Positions 13,193 through 24,559 of a stretch of 64,000 nucleotides of DNA are shown piece by piece. This DNA comes from Octopus bimaculoides. Its lineage: Eukaryota. Position numbers and translations under genes: made by a program. Positions within the stretch are counted from its first letter, which is position 1. Each line of letters opens with the position of its first letter. Below the pieces are notes generated by a model that was given only the letters and a program-made list of their open reading frames with translations, was not told where the DNA came from and searched no databases. Location: positions 157,912,902 through 157,976,901 of the forward strand of contig NC_068982.1 of the NCBI RefSeq assembly GCF_001194135.2. The letters run 5' to 3'.

Positions 13193-14740
13193 CACCATAG
13201 CTTCAAGTAGACCTAATAATTTTGAATGGAATTAGGAAAATGAGAATCTGTTTAGAAGAGCATCGATGCGCTGCTCATTATCTGAAAGAGCCCAGGGTTA
13301 TATCAAATGCATAAGTAACTATGGAATACTCGGTCACTTAGAATATAATTCAATCGATAGCTGCTTCTGGTCATCAAACAACTGGTAGACTCATCGTCGA
13401 GACTGACGGAGAATCTATTTGTAGCGATATGAAATTTAATATAAGCTGGGTCTTCTCATGTGACTTTGTTCACTGCCTAACAACATGTCAGGCCATACTC
13501 ATCATATTTAGAACATCTATCAATATATGGGCATATAAATGGTGAAGTTACAAAAATACTCGTATTTAAAAGTTGTTCAGAGATTTATTTCGAAAGATCA
13601 TTTGTGAAGGATTGTTTGTAATGGGTTTTCAATGAAAAGTGGATGTGTAAGGTGTGAGCAGTGTCGACTATGAAGGAGAGAAAGAAATAACAAGAAATAT
13701 AAAGAGTAAAAGCGAGCGAAAAGAGTGATATAAATAACAAAGAAAAAAGAGAAAGGAATTTAGATCGTAAAGAGAAATAGAAAGACAAAGAAAATGACAC
13801 AAAGATAGTATTGGGGAAAGAGAGGAAGGGAGAAGAGTTTTGCGCATAGAATATAAATAAACTTTAGAAAATGAGTGGTAATAAGGTTACCTGTAGAAGA
13901 ATAGAATGAGAGAGCATAATATACAATATGATGAGAGTTAGTGACATAAAAGCTAATTATAAACAAAATTCATTTAGGTAAATTTATGGTTTATGGGCCA
14001 GGGAAGGTAACTCTAATGCTAACTAAATGGTATTTTGAATTTATTGAGTAAAAGTTAGAATTTCAACTCAAAATATCCTTAAAAGTGAAGCAAGATTTCT
14101 ATATTCTTGCAGATGCGTAAATCATTGAATCATTTAACAAGTGGTTATAGGATTTTCTGCAGTACAGAGGTTCCATTTGATGTTCAAGTTGTGTGCTTGT
14201 CATTCAAGTTCAAAGCGTATTTTGATAATTATTACTCGCTGAGGAGCCTTTAGAACGTAATATATTATGGTTATATTGTATTTTAAATAGGTAAGCCGTT
14301 AAACTGATATAATCTGAAACTGATGTTATATTCATCAGAGATACTGCAGCCTAACAATTTCCAGAGCTTGTCAAACATCTAACGATCAGAGATAATCAGA
14401 GTTAAATTATATGTTTGACGACGTATCGCTGTGTCTCCATTTCACTTTTTCTTTCTTTTAGTTTTCCTACACATATCTCTCCTTTCAGTCACTTTTACTC
14501 TTGTTTTCCCAACTCACGCCACCCCAACTTACCCATCACTAAATAACCTATATCAGACTTTTCCTCACAAACATAATTATGAACCTCTAATCGTGTTATT
14601 TCTTTCAAATTATGTGACTTCCCAAATTATAGGTTCGAATATTTATATCACTACAGCCTGACCAGCCAAAATGGGGAAATTCAAAGTCGTACTGGTGAAA
14701 CGTCCGTTCCTACTTAATCACACACACACACAAACACACA

Positions 14741-14779
<39 letters not shown>

Positions 14780-15430
14780 TACACCCACNNNNNNNNNNNN
14801 NNNNNNNNNNNNNNNNNNNNNNNNNNNNNNNNNNNNNNNNNACACACACAGACACACACACACACACAATTTGTTTGTGGAACACTGAGACTCGAAACAG
14901 GTAAAGCTATAAACAATAGCTCCTTTGGATGGAAGGAGTCGAAAGTTGCTCGCGGGACTCGAGCTCTCATTTCTACCATTGGACCAAAGCAATTCTTTGC
15001 ATTTCTCTATCCATATTAGAATCACTATCCTTACCAACAAGAATTGTATGTTGTTGAAATGATAAGGTTTACAAACTTCGAAAGAACGTGAAATAATTCT
15101 ATTGTTTGGAACGGTGGAAAACGAAGCAGTTAAAACCGCAATGTAGACATTGTGTAAAAATACCCCCAGGGTAGAAAAAGTCGTAGGCTACATGTTGAAC
15201 TTGAACCGTCATCTCCTATAAACACCTCAGACGTTCTACTATTGGTAACAGTAAAGTTTCTAAAATGGATAGCGAAATTCGAAGAGCTTTGGTCTAAAGT
15301 AAAAACGTCTATCTTGTTTACAGAAGATGTGGATTAGAGTCTCACATGTATCCCTCGATTTTTGTATCGGAAGCTGTATTTTAACGTAATATTTACATAG
15401 TATTATTTGTGTTTCGAATTTCACCGTCTT

Positions 15431-15755
15431 AACAGGTACTCCGTCGGTTACGACGATGAATGTTCCAGTTGATCGGACCAAAGAAACAGCCTGCTCATGA
15501 AATTAACGTACAAGTGGCTGAGCACTGCACAGATACGCGTACCCTTAAAACAGTTCTCAGAGAGATTCAGGGTGAGACAGAATATTTTAAACCTGGCTCT
15601 TTGAATTACAGGTACTACTCATTTTTACCAGTTGAGTGGACTGGAGCAATATGAAATAAAGTTTCTTGCTCAAGCACACAACGTGTCGCTCGATATTGAA
15701 TTCATAATCTTACGATCGTGAGTCGAATACCCTAACCACTAAGCTATGCGTCTTC
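15431..15755 (-). mobile_element. tRNA-derived SINE (second copy at 62303-62622)
   Basis: Shares its 3' tail (ttgatcggatcaac...gacggagt) with the 18353/21472 SINE but has a different central segment. It aligns by eye along its length with 62303-62622. Confidence 0.7.
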
Positions 15756-16679
15756 TCAAGACGCGTGACCGGAAGTTTCACCGTATAACAAAAAAAAAAG
15801 AAAAGAAAAATACAAGAATTACTTCATATTCTCGATGTTTCTAAGTTCTTATGATGTTATCAATATAAATATATATATATATATGTGGGGGGGGGGTGCA
15901 TTAAACATTCGACTAGCAAACCAACATGATGTTAAATGCAATGTATTCAAGATTTATTCAGTGAATTCCAACAAAATAGAATTTATTTTGGTTATTTAAA
16001 ACCTTTCGTACAGAAATGTCATATCGTTGAAGAACGCCCTGAACAGAGATAAGAATCTGTGTTTTGTAAGAAATTATTGAATACATTCTGCATACTCAGT
16101 AAATTGGCATCGAGTTCTTTATATGTGTAACTAACTGTAAATATGTATATAAATAATGAGTGTATATGTATGTGTAAATATAAAGTAAATATATAGTATG
16201 TATATATCTTGTTTATATACAAGTGAAAACAGTTTATGAATAAAGTTAGCAATATCTATTTATGCATATGAGTGTGTGTGACTTTATGTATTAAACAGAT
16301 ATTCTAAACTAAAGCACATGATCTATGATCCAACGACAGAGCCTCTGGACAGGTATTCGAATAGATAGATAGTCAGCTAAGTGTATATCATCGCAAACAA
16401 TCTTTAAAAATAAAGCAAGAGCATATCGAATAATTTAGTCCTAGATACACTCTTCCTGAAAACTAGGCAAGATGGACACAGGTCAAATGCTTTTTTTCCT
16501 AGCTCTGTTCAATAATTACCTTAAGTGCCTAAAGTGTAAATACCAACAACAGTCAATATCTTACAACTGTTTTTCATAGACCACTGCATCGATGGAGAAC
16601 TGTTCTATATATAATATAAATCCCTCTGTCTTGTATATACTGTAAAGCATATATACTCGTTTCTTTTGTATAAAATCCT

Positions 16680-17100
16680 CACCAATCTAACAACTGACTA
16701 GAATTTGTTTCCTTACCTGTCTTGTGATTGCTTCTTGAATGGTAAGTGTTTGATTTCTGACCAATTTTCCTTCCATCATTGAAAGACCTCTTGGCTGCTT
16801 TTTTCAAATTGTGATTTTTGACTTTTGCTGAGTTCGGTAATGGTCTTCTATCGAACTGAGTGTTAGCATTTCTTGGCGAAGATGTTCTATAAAATTGCTT
16901 GATTCTTGAGTGTATATTTTTTATCATCTGTGACTGTGTACGTTCTCGATGGTTTCGAAGGTCTTTCAAACCGTTTTTCCTCGTGATTGGTGGATGAGTT
17001 GGATATTTATTTTGTGAAGAATTATCTGGCATCCAATATTCATAGCTGAGTCCTTTGTTATGTTCTTTATAAAGTAACTAGAAAGAAGAACAACAAATGT
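16680..17100 (-). mobile_element. Penelope-like reverse transcriptase remnant
   Basis: Frameshifted translation FETIENVHSHR / IKQFY / SFNDGRKI resembles the PLE RT segment WFxxIxNK...FDIxxFYPSI...LLFNxG. Heavily decayed. Confidence 0.5.
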
Positions 17101-17154
17101 ATTATTTCCTGACTTCTTACTGAAACGAAGAGGGTGTTTTGTGTATGAAAGAAG

Positions 17155-17200
<46 letters not shown>

Positions 17201-17210
17201 NNNNNNNNNN

Positions 17211-17249
<39 letters not shown>

Positions 17250-17751
17250 TGTGCATGTGTGAGAATGTGTGAGTGTTGTGTGTGTGTGAAAGAGAGAGAG
17301 ATAGAAATTGGAGATAGAGAGAAACAAACAGGGAAAGAAAGACAGAGAGAAGCCAATAGACAGACAGTTACATTGAATCCATATGGTGTGTAGGTGTGCC
17401 GCTCACTTTGCCGGTGAGCAGTTTTAGGTTCAATCTCACAGCACAGCTCCTTAAGCATTTCCTTCTATCAACTAAACCCTTTTGGAAGAAAATTACTCAT
17501 AGGCCGGTTTTCGTATTCTGTGGTGTATACAATACCCTCACTCTGGATGGATCCAGGTCAGTCGCAAGATTTTAACTTTTGTTAGATGAGTCAACTAGAC
17601 CAACGTGAAATGAAATACATTGCTCAAGAACACAACGTGTCGAGGAGTCCAAGAATCGGAACCATAATCTTATGATCATGTGTGCAATCATTAACTACTA
17701 AACCGCATGTAATCCCACTGCGGTGGCTGTTCTTGTTTATATGTAAAGGTG

Positions 17752-18146
17752 TTAACCCCTTGCAGATAGGAAGTGGTACTGACCGCATTGAAACAATGTG
17801 TGTGTGAACAGTGCGATGTCTTGCTCTGTGCAGCACCGTGTTTTCAAATATTTCACACCGAGAAGACTTTCTAAATACACTGTAGAATTCCTTGTATGAA
17901 AAATAATGTAGTTACTGAACGACCTAATACCAATACACAGCACAGACTATCAATAGGCGTCGTCCACTTTCTAACGAATTGTCAGGGAATGGAAGGTAGT
18001 ACTCGCGCATCTCTTTCAAATTTTTAGGGCCGCAGAGGCAGGTGGACAAAAAGACAAATGTTTTTCTTAAACCGTCCATCGTAACCAACTTACAGCACAC
18101 GAAACTATACTAAATGCACATATAGACGTTAAATCGGTCGGGTTAA
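17752..18146 (+). mobile_element. piggyBac remnant encoding the C-terminal cysteine-rich domain
   Basis: 17796-17874 reads CVCEQCDVLLCAAPCFQIFHTEKTF*, similar to the piggyBac CxxCxxxLCxxPCFxxYH terminus. It is bounded by TTAA-CCC (17752) and GGG-TTAA (18140-18146). Confidence 0.65.
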
Positions 18147-18352
18147 ATCTTTCATTCAGGAAATCGGAAGACATTTCGGAGAATATTCTAACAATTCCAC
18201 CAGTTCAACGCCATGCCCTTGGACTGGGATATTATTTTATCAAGTCCAAATTTTGAAAGATAAATTTGACCGCGACAAGATTTAAGCATACAAAGCTGAG
18301 GGCTGGAACAAATACCGCAACGCATTTTTTGTACTATGCTCTTGTTGTTGTT

Positions 18353-18741
18353 GGCACTCTGTCGCTTACGACGCACGAGGGTTCCAGTTGATCCGATCAA
18401 CGGAACAGGCTGCTCGTGAAATTAACGTGCAAGTGGCTGAGCATTCCACAGACACGTGTACCCTTAACGTAGTTCTCGGGGATATTCAGCGTGACACAGT
18501 GTGACACAGTGTGACAAGGCTGACCCTTTGAATTACAGGCACAACAGAAACAGGAAGTCAGAGTAAGAGAAAGTTGTAGTGGAAGAGTACAGCAGGGTTC
18601 GCCACCATCCCCTGCCGGAGCCTCGTGGAGCTTTAGGCGTTTTCGCTCAATAAACACTCACAACGCCCGGTCTGGGAATCGAAAGCGCGATCCTATGACC
18701 GCGAATCCGCTGCCCTAACCACTGAGCCATTGCGCCTCCAC
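18353..18741 (-). mobile_element. tRNA-derived SINE, near full length
   Basis: The head gtggaggcgcaatggctcagtggttagggc...ttcgattcccagaccggg has A-box and B-box-like motifs. A closely similar inverted copy lies at 21472-21797. Confidence 0.9.
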
Positions 18742-19777
18742 ACTATGCTCTAACTACTCAGCCAATTCGCAGGTTTAATACCACTATCTCTCAATGCATG
18801 CAATTTAGCAAATTTGTCTCTGATGTATGTTCTCGGGTAGATCTCCTTCCAGAGAGTACCTTTCAAATGTTTAAGTCGCAAGTCACAAAGCAGCTAAGAA
18901 CTCTCTGCTACAATTCATTCTCAGTCACGAAATAACATGCACGATTTTGCCTGAGAAGGGGAAGATGGCGGGGAGAGACAGAGAGATAGCCTGTGTGAAA
19001 GAGAGGGAGAGAGGAAGAGAGGGAGAGGGAGAGAGGGAGAGAGAGAAAGACATGGATTTAGATGTGGTTAGCAAGTAACATAAAGCAATAAAAAATAAGT
19101 AGAAATGATAATATCGAATTACTTATATACATACATATATANNNNNNNNNNNNNNNNNNNNNNNNNNNNNNNNNNNNNNNNNNNNNNNNNNNNNNNNNNN
19201 NNNNNNNNNNNNNNNNNNNNNNNNNNNNNNNNNNNNNNNNNNNNNNNNNNNNNNNNNNNNNNNNNNNNNNNNNNNNNNNNNNNNNNNNNNNNNNNNNNNN
19301 NNNNNNNNNNNNNNNNNNNNNNNNNNNNNNNNNNNNNNNNNNNNNNNNNNNNNNNNNNNNNNNNNNNNNNNNNNNNNNNNNNNNNNNNNNNNNNNNNNNN
19401 NNNNNNNNNNNNNNNNNNNNNNNNNNNNNNNNNNNNNNNNNNNNNNNNNNNNNNNNNNNNNNNNNNNNNNNNNNNNNNNNNNNNNNNNNNNNNNNNNNNN
19501 NNNNNNNNNNNNNNNNNNNNNNNNNNNNNNNNNNNNNNNNNNNNNNNNNNNNNNNNNNNNNNNNNNNNNNNNNNNNNNNNNNNNNNNNNNNNNNNNNNNN
19601 NNNNNNTGTGTGTGTGTGTGTGTGTATCTGTGTGTTTGTATGTATGATTTAACTGTTTGTACAATTTTCATAGAACTCAACGTGATATTCATCGCAGTTT
19701 CCGTTCCATTTTTCAGGGTAACTACACAAGAACATGCAAGATAGAGAGAGTTATAATAATTCTAATTGCAACCTTAC

Positions 19778-19941
19778 CAATACATAGATTTTTTTCTTTG
19801 TTGGACCGACTATTCGAAGTGATTCGTTCTTGTTTCCATCACGTTCATAAAATAGTTCAGTTCCAGCAATATTTTTCGTTCCTGAAGATTCTATTTTATA
19901 GTTTCCATTCAATTCAAACGTCTTGTTTGCCGACATCAAAG
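19778..19941 (-). CDS. ADAMTSL5: ADAMTSL5-like exon (164 bp, phase 1-0): ADAMTS spacer
   Basis: Splice sites cattaaag|CT and TTG|gtaagg. Encodes (A)LMSANKTFELNGNYKIESSGTKNIAGTELFYERDGNKNESLRIVGPTKKKIYVL, with the LNG, AGTxxxY and ExLxxxGP motifs. The acceptor is an AAG with a modest pyrimidine tract. Confidence 0.9.
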
Positions 19942-20200
19942 CTTTAATGTATATATTGTATAAGAAAAGATCAGAAGAAAAATATAAGAATATTGCAAAG
20001 GATTAACAATTAATGCTATATATGGCACGCACTCAGTTCCCATTTCCTTTACATATTTATATATTTGACCGTGATTTTGAAGGACTCAATCATTTGACTT
20101 GCTAGAAAAGCATTCAAATTTCCCTCAAATCACATACTATTTACGTATATATATTTGTTTTGAAAGATTCTTGATGAGAAATCGTTTGTTGAAACAGATA

Positions 20201-20984
20201 TTGTTGTATTTGGGGATGGTCATGTTGCCAGTTTAGCCATTAAAAACACACGCACTATATAAAGGGGAAACGGCACGAAGCGTAGGAGAGCGGATAAATG
20301 ACATTGGAGGGAACTTAAGGAAGTACCAGCACGCTGAGCAGGAACACGGAGGCTCACTCAACAACATAGAAGTTAAAATATTGTCCACACATAGAACAGA
20401 GGCAACACTTAGACAAATTACAGAAGCTACACGCATAATAGAAAATAAACCTAGCCTGAATAGGAAACTGGAATGGAACACTAGCACACACAACCAACAC
20501 ACCACAACATAAAACAGAATAAAATCCCCATACGTTAACAAAATTAAATTAAATTAAATACAAACAAAAAAAAAGAAAGAATAGAAAAAAATGATAATAA
20601 TAAGTAGGTATAAACACATGAACAAATAAATAAAAGCAAATTAAACGAGCGTGTATAAACAGGGGATGCAAATAATACAGGCACTCCCCATACACGCACA
20701 CGCACTTACTAAACATAGACACACATAGGGGGATACGCATGCGCAAATAAAGACACATACAATAAGACTACAAAATACAAAATGACTGATCGTTAGTAAG
20801 GAAAGACATACAAATAGGAAAGAAGAAAGCAAAGGACCACTGATGAGGTCACAGAAATGTGACGAAAGAACTCTGGCCGAAATACGATTAATGTAAAATA
20901 AAACTGAAGCAAATTAACACCAAATATATAGTACGTGTGTTTTATTGGCTAAACTAGCAACATGACCATCCCCAAATACAACAA
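20201..20984 (+). mobile_element. Penelope-like element: GIY-YIG C-terminal fragment, pLTR tail with hammerhead motif, inverted terminal segment
   Basis: 20258-20512 reads YKGETARSVGERIND...HAEQEHGG...VKILSTH...LRQITEATRIIENKPSLNRKLEW, a PLE GIY-YIG pattern. 20201-20261 is inversely repeated at 20925-20984 with 3 substitutions and 1 indel. Confidence 0.85.
20834..20878 (+). ncRNA. Minimal type I hammerhead ribozyme motif (Penelope-associated)
   Basis: GGACCA-CUGAUGA-G-[GUCACA GAAA UGUGAC]-GAAA-G-AA-C-UC/UGGCC. All core nucleotides are present, with a 6-bp stem II, a rudimentary stem III and a partial stem I. Confidence 0.75.
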
Positions 20985-21471
20985 ACACATTCTATTTATT
21001 TTGAATAAAGATGATATATTGGACATATTAGTCCCTGACCTAAAAAAAAAAAATAAATAAATAATGCTTGGAAAGTTTTGTTCAGGCCATAGATTTCCTT
21101 GATAAGGACATACTAGGGCTAAGCAACAACAACTACGAAAAATATTTGACTTCAAGAGCGCGATACTTCGCTTGGATAATGTTCTACTAAATAGACTCTA
21201 CCAGAAAAAANNNNNNNNNNNNNNNNNNNNNNNNNNNNNNNNNNNNNNNNNNNNNNNNNNNNNNNNNNNNNNNNNNNNNNNNNNNNNNNNNNNNNNNNNN
21301 NNNNNNNNNNNNNNNNNNNNNNNNNNNNNNNNNNNNNNNNNNNNNNNNNNNNNNNNNNNNNNNNNNNNNNNNNNNNNNNNNNNNNNNNNNNNNNNNNNNN
21401 NNNNNNNNNNNNNNNNNNNNNNNNNNNNNNNNNNNNNNNNNNNNNNNNNNNNNNNNNNNNNNNNNNNNNNN

Positions 21472-21797
21472 GTGGTCATAAGATCGCGGTTTCGATTCCC
21501 AGACCGGGCGTTGTGAGTGTTTATTGAGCGAAAACACCTAAAGCTCCACAAGGCTCCGGCAGGGGATGGTGGCAAACCCTGCTGTACTCTTCCACCACAA
21601 CTATCTCTCACTCTTACTTCCTGTATCTGGTGTGCCTGTAATTCAAAGGCCAGCCTTGTCACACTATGTCACGCTGAATATCCCCGAATATACACGTGTC
21701 TGTGGAGTGCTCAACCACTTGCACATTAATTTCACGAGCAGGCTGTTCCGTTGATCGGATCAACTGGAACCCTCGACGTCGTAAGCGACGGAGTGCC
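21472..21797 (+). mobile_element. tRNA-derived SINE, 5' end lost in a gap
   Basis: Aligns along its whole length with the reverse complement of 18353-18741. Confidence 0.9.
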
Positions 21798-22158
21798 CAC
21801 ACACGCACACAACAAATATTAAGTAAAACTGAAGTAAATAAAGATGTCACTTCTTGGTTTTTTGAACGACTAGAATTAGCAGAACTCAAATCATATCATA
21901 CTGTCTTAATAACAACGAATANNNNNNNNNNNNNNNNTCTTGAAATCTTTGATTCTATTTGTTTATATACAATAGGAATAAGTAGTTGAATGGGATGGTC
22001 AAAACTAAATATTTTCTTCTCACATTCCGAGTTCATAATGGGCTAAAGGCCAAGGAGAATATCAAGGTGGCATTTTTCCAGCATTAGAATATAATTTTGT
22101 CATCACTTCACATGTGGTCAGTATTTGACAATTTGGCACTATTTTGTAATAAGTAATG

Positions 22159-22195
<37 letters not shown>

Positions 22196-22641
22196 CATGT
22201 ATGTAAATGGCCTGTATTTAGATGTACGTTATAGAACTAATATGCTTATCTACACAGTTTTTATATTCGTTCAATGGCTTCCCACTCTGGACTGCGACCA
22301 TACTGTAGCAATATCTTCAAGGGATTACTTGATCATATCGACGTCAGCATTTATTAATATTACTTCCTTCTTATTTTATCAGATTTATTTGTCCAGCTTG
22401 TAAGCTACGAGACATAAACGGACGTTCACCGATTTTTATCCCGAACCTCCCCCACCTCACATATACTTCAACAATGCAACTACCATCTTTGGACTTTTAC
22501 CTTTCCCGTTTCCGAGGAAGAGCTATACTCGAAACGTTAAACTCTCTCCTTTCACTGAGCGCCAAGCTAATACATTTCTTGTGCTCGTTTTTTTCCCTCT
22601 TTTTATCCGTCTATTTGAATTGTTTGTTTATTTGAAATGAC

Positions 22642-22679
<38 letters not shown>

Positions 22680-24559
22680 TATGCACGCGCACGCGTGTGT
22701 GCGTATGTATGTATGTATGTATGTCATTATTCAGTTTATTTCAAGATTTCTTCGCAATAGAGAAAGAACCGGTTTCTAACCTAGACCCAAGGTTCCTTCA
22801 TAGGAATTTCAACATCAACAACAGGGTATTTTTACTTGATTGTATGTATGTAGGTGTGTATGTGTATGAGAGGTGCAGCATCAAAACGAAGTGCAAGGCC
22901 AACACAAAAGCACGTGGGCTGGTGGGTTGTGAAGAGAACTACTTCTAAACAACGCAGCCTATATGTGAAGTGAAGTATTGAAAATTTTGTACTACTAGCT
23001 CTTATCTACCTATATTTGAATATGTTTGCACTGTTATGATAACTACCTTAATTGAAAGAAATTGTATTGCTGTTATGTAGCTATATATGTGAATAAATTT
23101 CTATTGATTTCGCTTTTTGTGTAACAGACTTTGTTATTCCTATAACTCATACCTCGTCTGGCGTATATCCAAATAACTTACTAAAACAAAATTTCGGAAA
23201 ATATAAAGAAAGAAAGAAAGAAATAAAAATACGAATTTTGTCTTAAAATTTTCATATAAAGAAAATGTGGTCTTCCGAACTTCAGTAATTTCTTAGATAA
23301 CAGAAGGGACACGCAATCACTCCAACGTATAAAGGAGACTTAAAAATATTTAAAACAGACAAAGAACTAATATTTTCATATATAGAAGTGTGAAGTCGTG
23401 GTGAGAATGATGCTAAAATGTGTACAGCGTGTTTCAGACACTGACTTTATTTTATTTCACAAATCTTCAAAGCGTTTTTAGTTGCAGGTTTTCAATTGGG
23501 GAATCACTGGTTCACTTCATTTCTGACGGTGCGATTGATAAGTGACGGTCCATAATTAAATGTACTAGATGATAAACAGTTGTAGCAAGGGACTTCGTCC
23601 ATAAAGCACCGTTCTTTCAGGTTTCTCTCTGGTGCTTATAATTTTTGATGTTATACATCGGCAGAGAGTGTATAACATTATTAGTGCAAACACACACACA
23701 CACACCACCACCACCACCACGCCACACATACACCACACCACACACACAAATGTATGGACACGCATTAGTTTATGTGTATATGTGTATATATAAGTTTGTG
23801 TGTGTGTGAGTGTACGTGAAGCTATAGATTTCTAACTCACTAATCACAGGGTCATTTCAATTCCGATGAAAGAAGTGTCTGTACACTTGGCTTTTGAATA
23901 TTTATATCTCACCGACTGAAAAGGTTTTAAGGTGATTATTTCTGGTGGTATATTTCAAATTTTGACAGTTGAGCACAGAATGTTCCTGTTCGGTTCGTAG
24001 ACCTTGGCATCTGGTTCTGAGAGGCCACGTGCAAGAGCGTAAGCGGTGTCATTCATTCTGCAATGGCAGCATTACTCTGCGTTTCGATGGGTTGTGGACT
24101 ACATGGTTTTTGTAGAGCGTTGTTGTTGCAGAAAGCTGTCACTCTTTTGTAAGTTTTTTCTTTATTATGTTATTTCGTAACATTAGCATTGTCGAGTACA
24201 ATGATCCTATGGTTTGAGAATGAAGTGAGTTGATTATTCTCTGTAAGACAGATGCTATTAATCTGTTTTCTTTAGAACCTTCTTTCAACTTTATATAAAT
24301 GCTGATAAAATCTGTCCAATAAATTTGGCAATAAAGTTGGTTCAATAATTATAGAAATATAATGGACTGTTTGCAACTTCAAAGTCATTATTATCTACAT
24401 ATTTACACTTAAAGGTAATTAAAATTTTAGTAAGTGAAATGCAAAGTTAGTTTTCAAAAATGAATATGAACTGAACTGATTAGAAAATAAAACGAGAAAA
24501 TTTAATCCATTAAAATACAAAACAAAAAAAAAAAACATTCAATTTTATGTTATAATAGC

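Noticed and set aside
16640-16690. Minus-strand GUGAGGA-UUUU-auac-AAAA-GAAAC-GA-GUA near a Penelope RT relic
   Set aside because: C3 is absent, stem II is all A-U and stem I is not complementary.
18680-18741. tRNA-like sequence
   Set aside because: It is the head of a multi-copy SINE and continues into the SINE body, with no complete cloverleaf.
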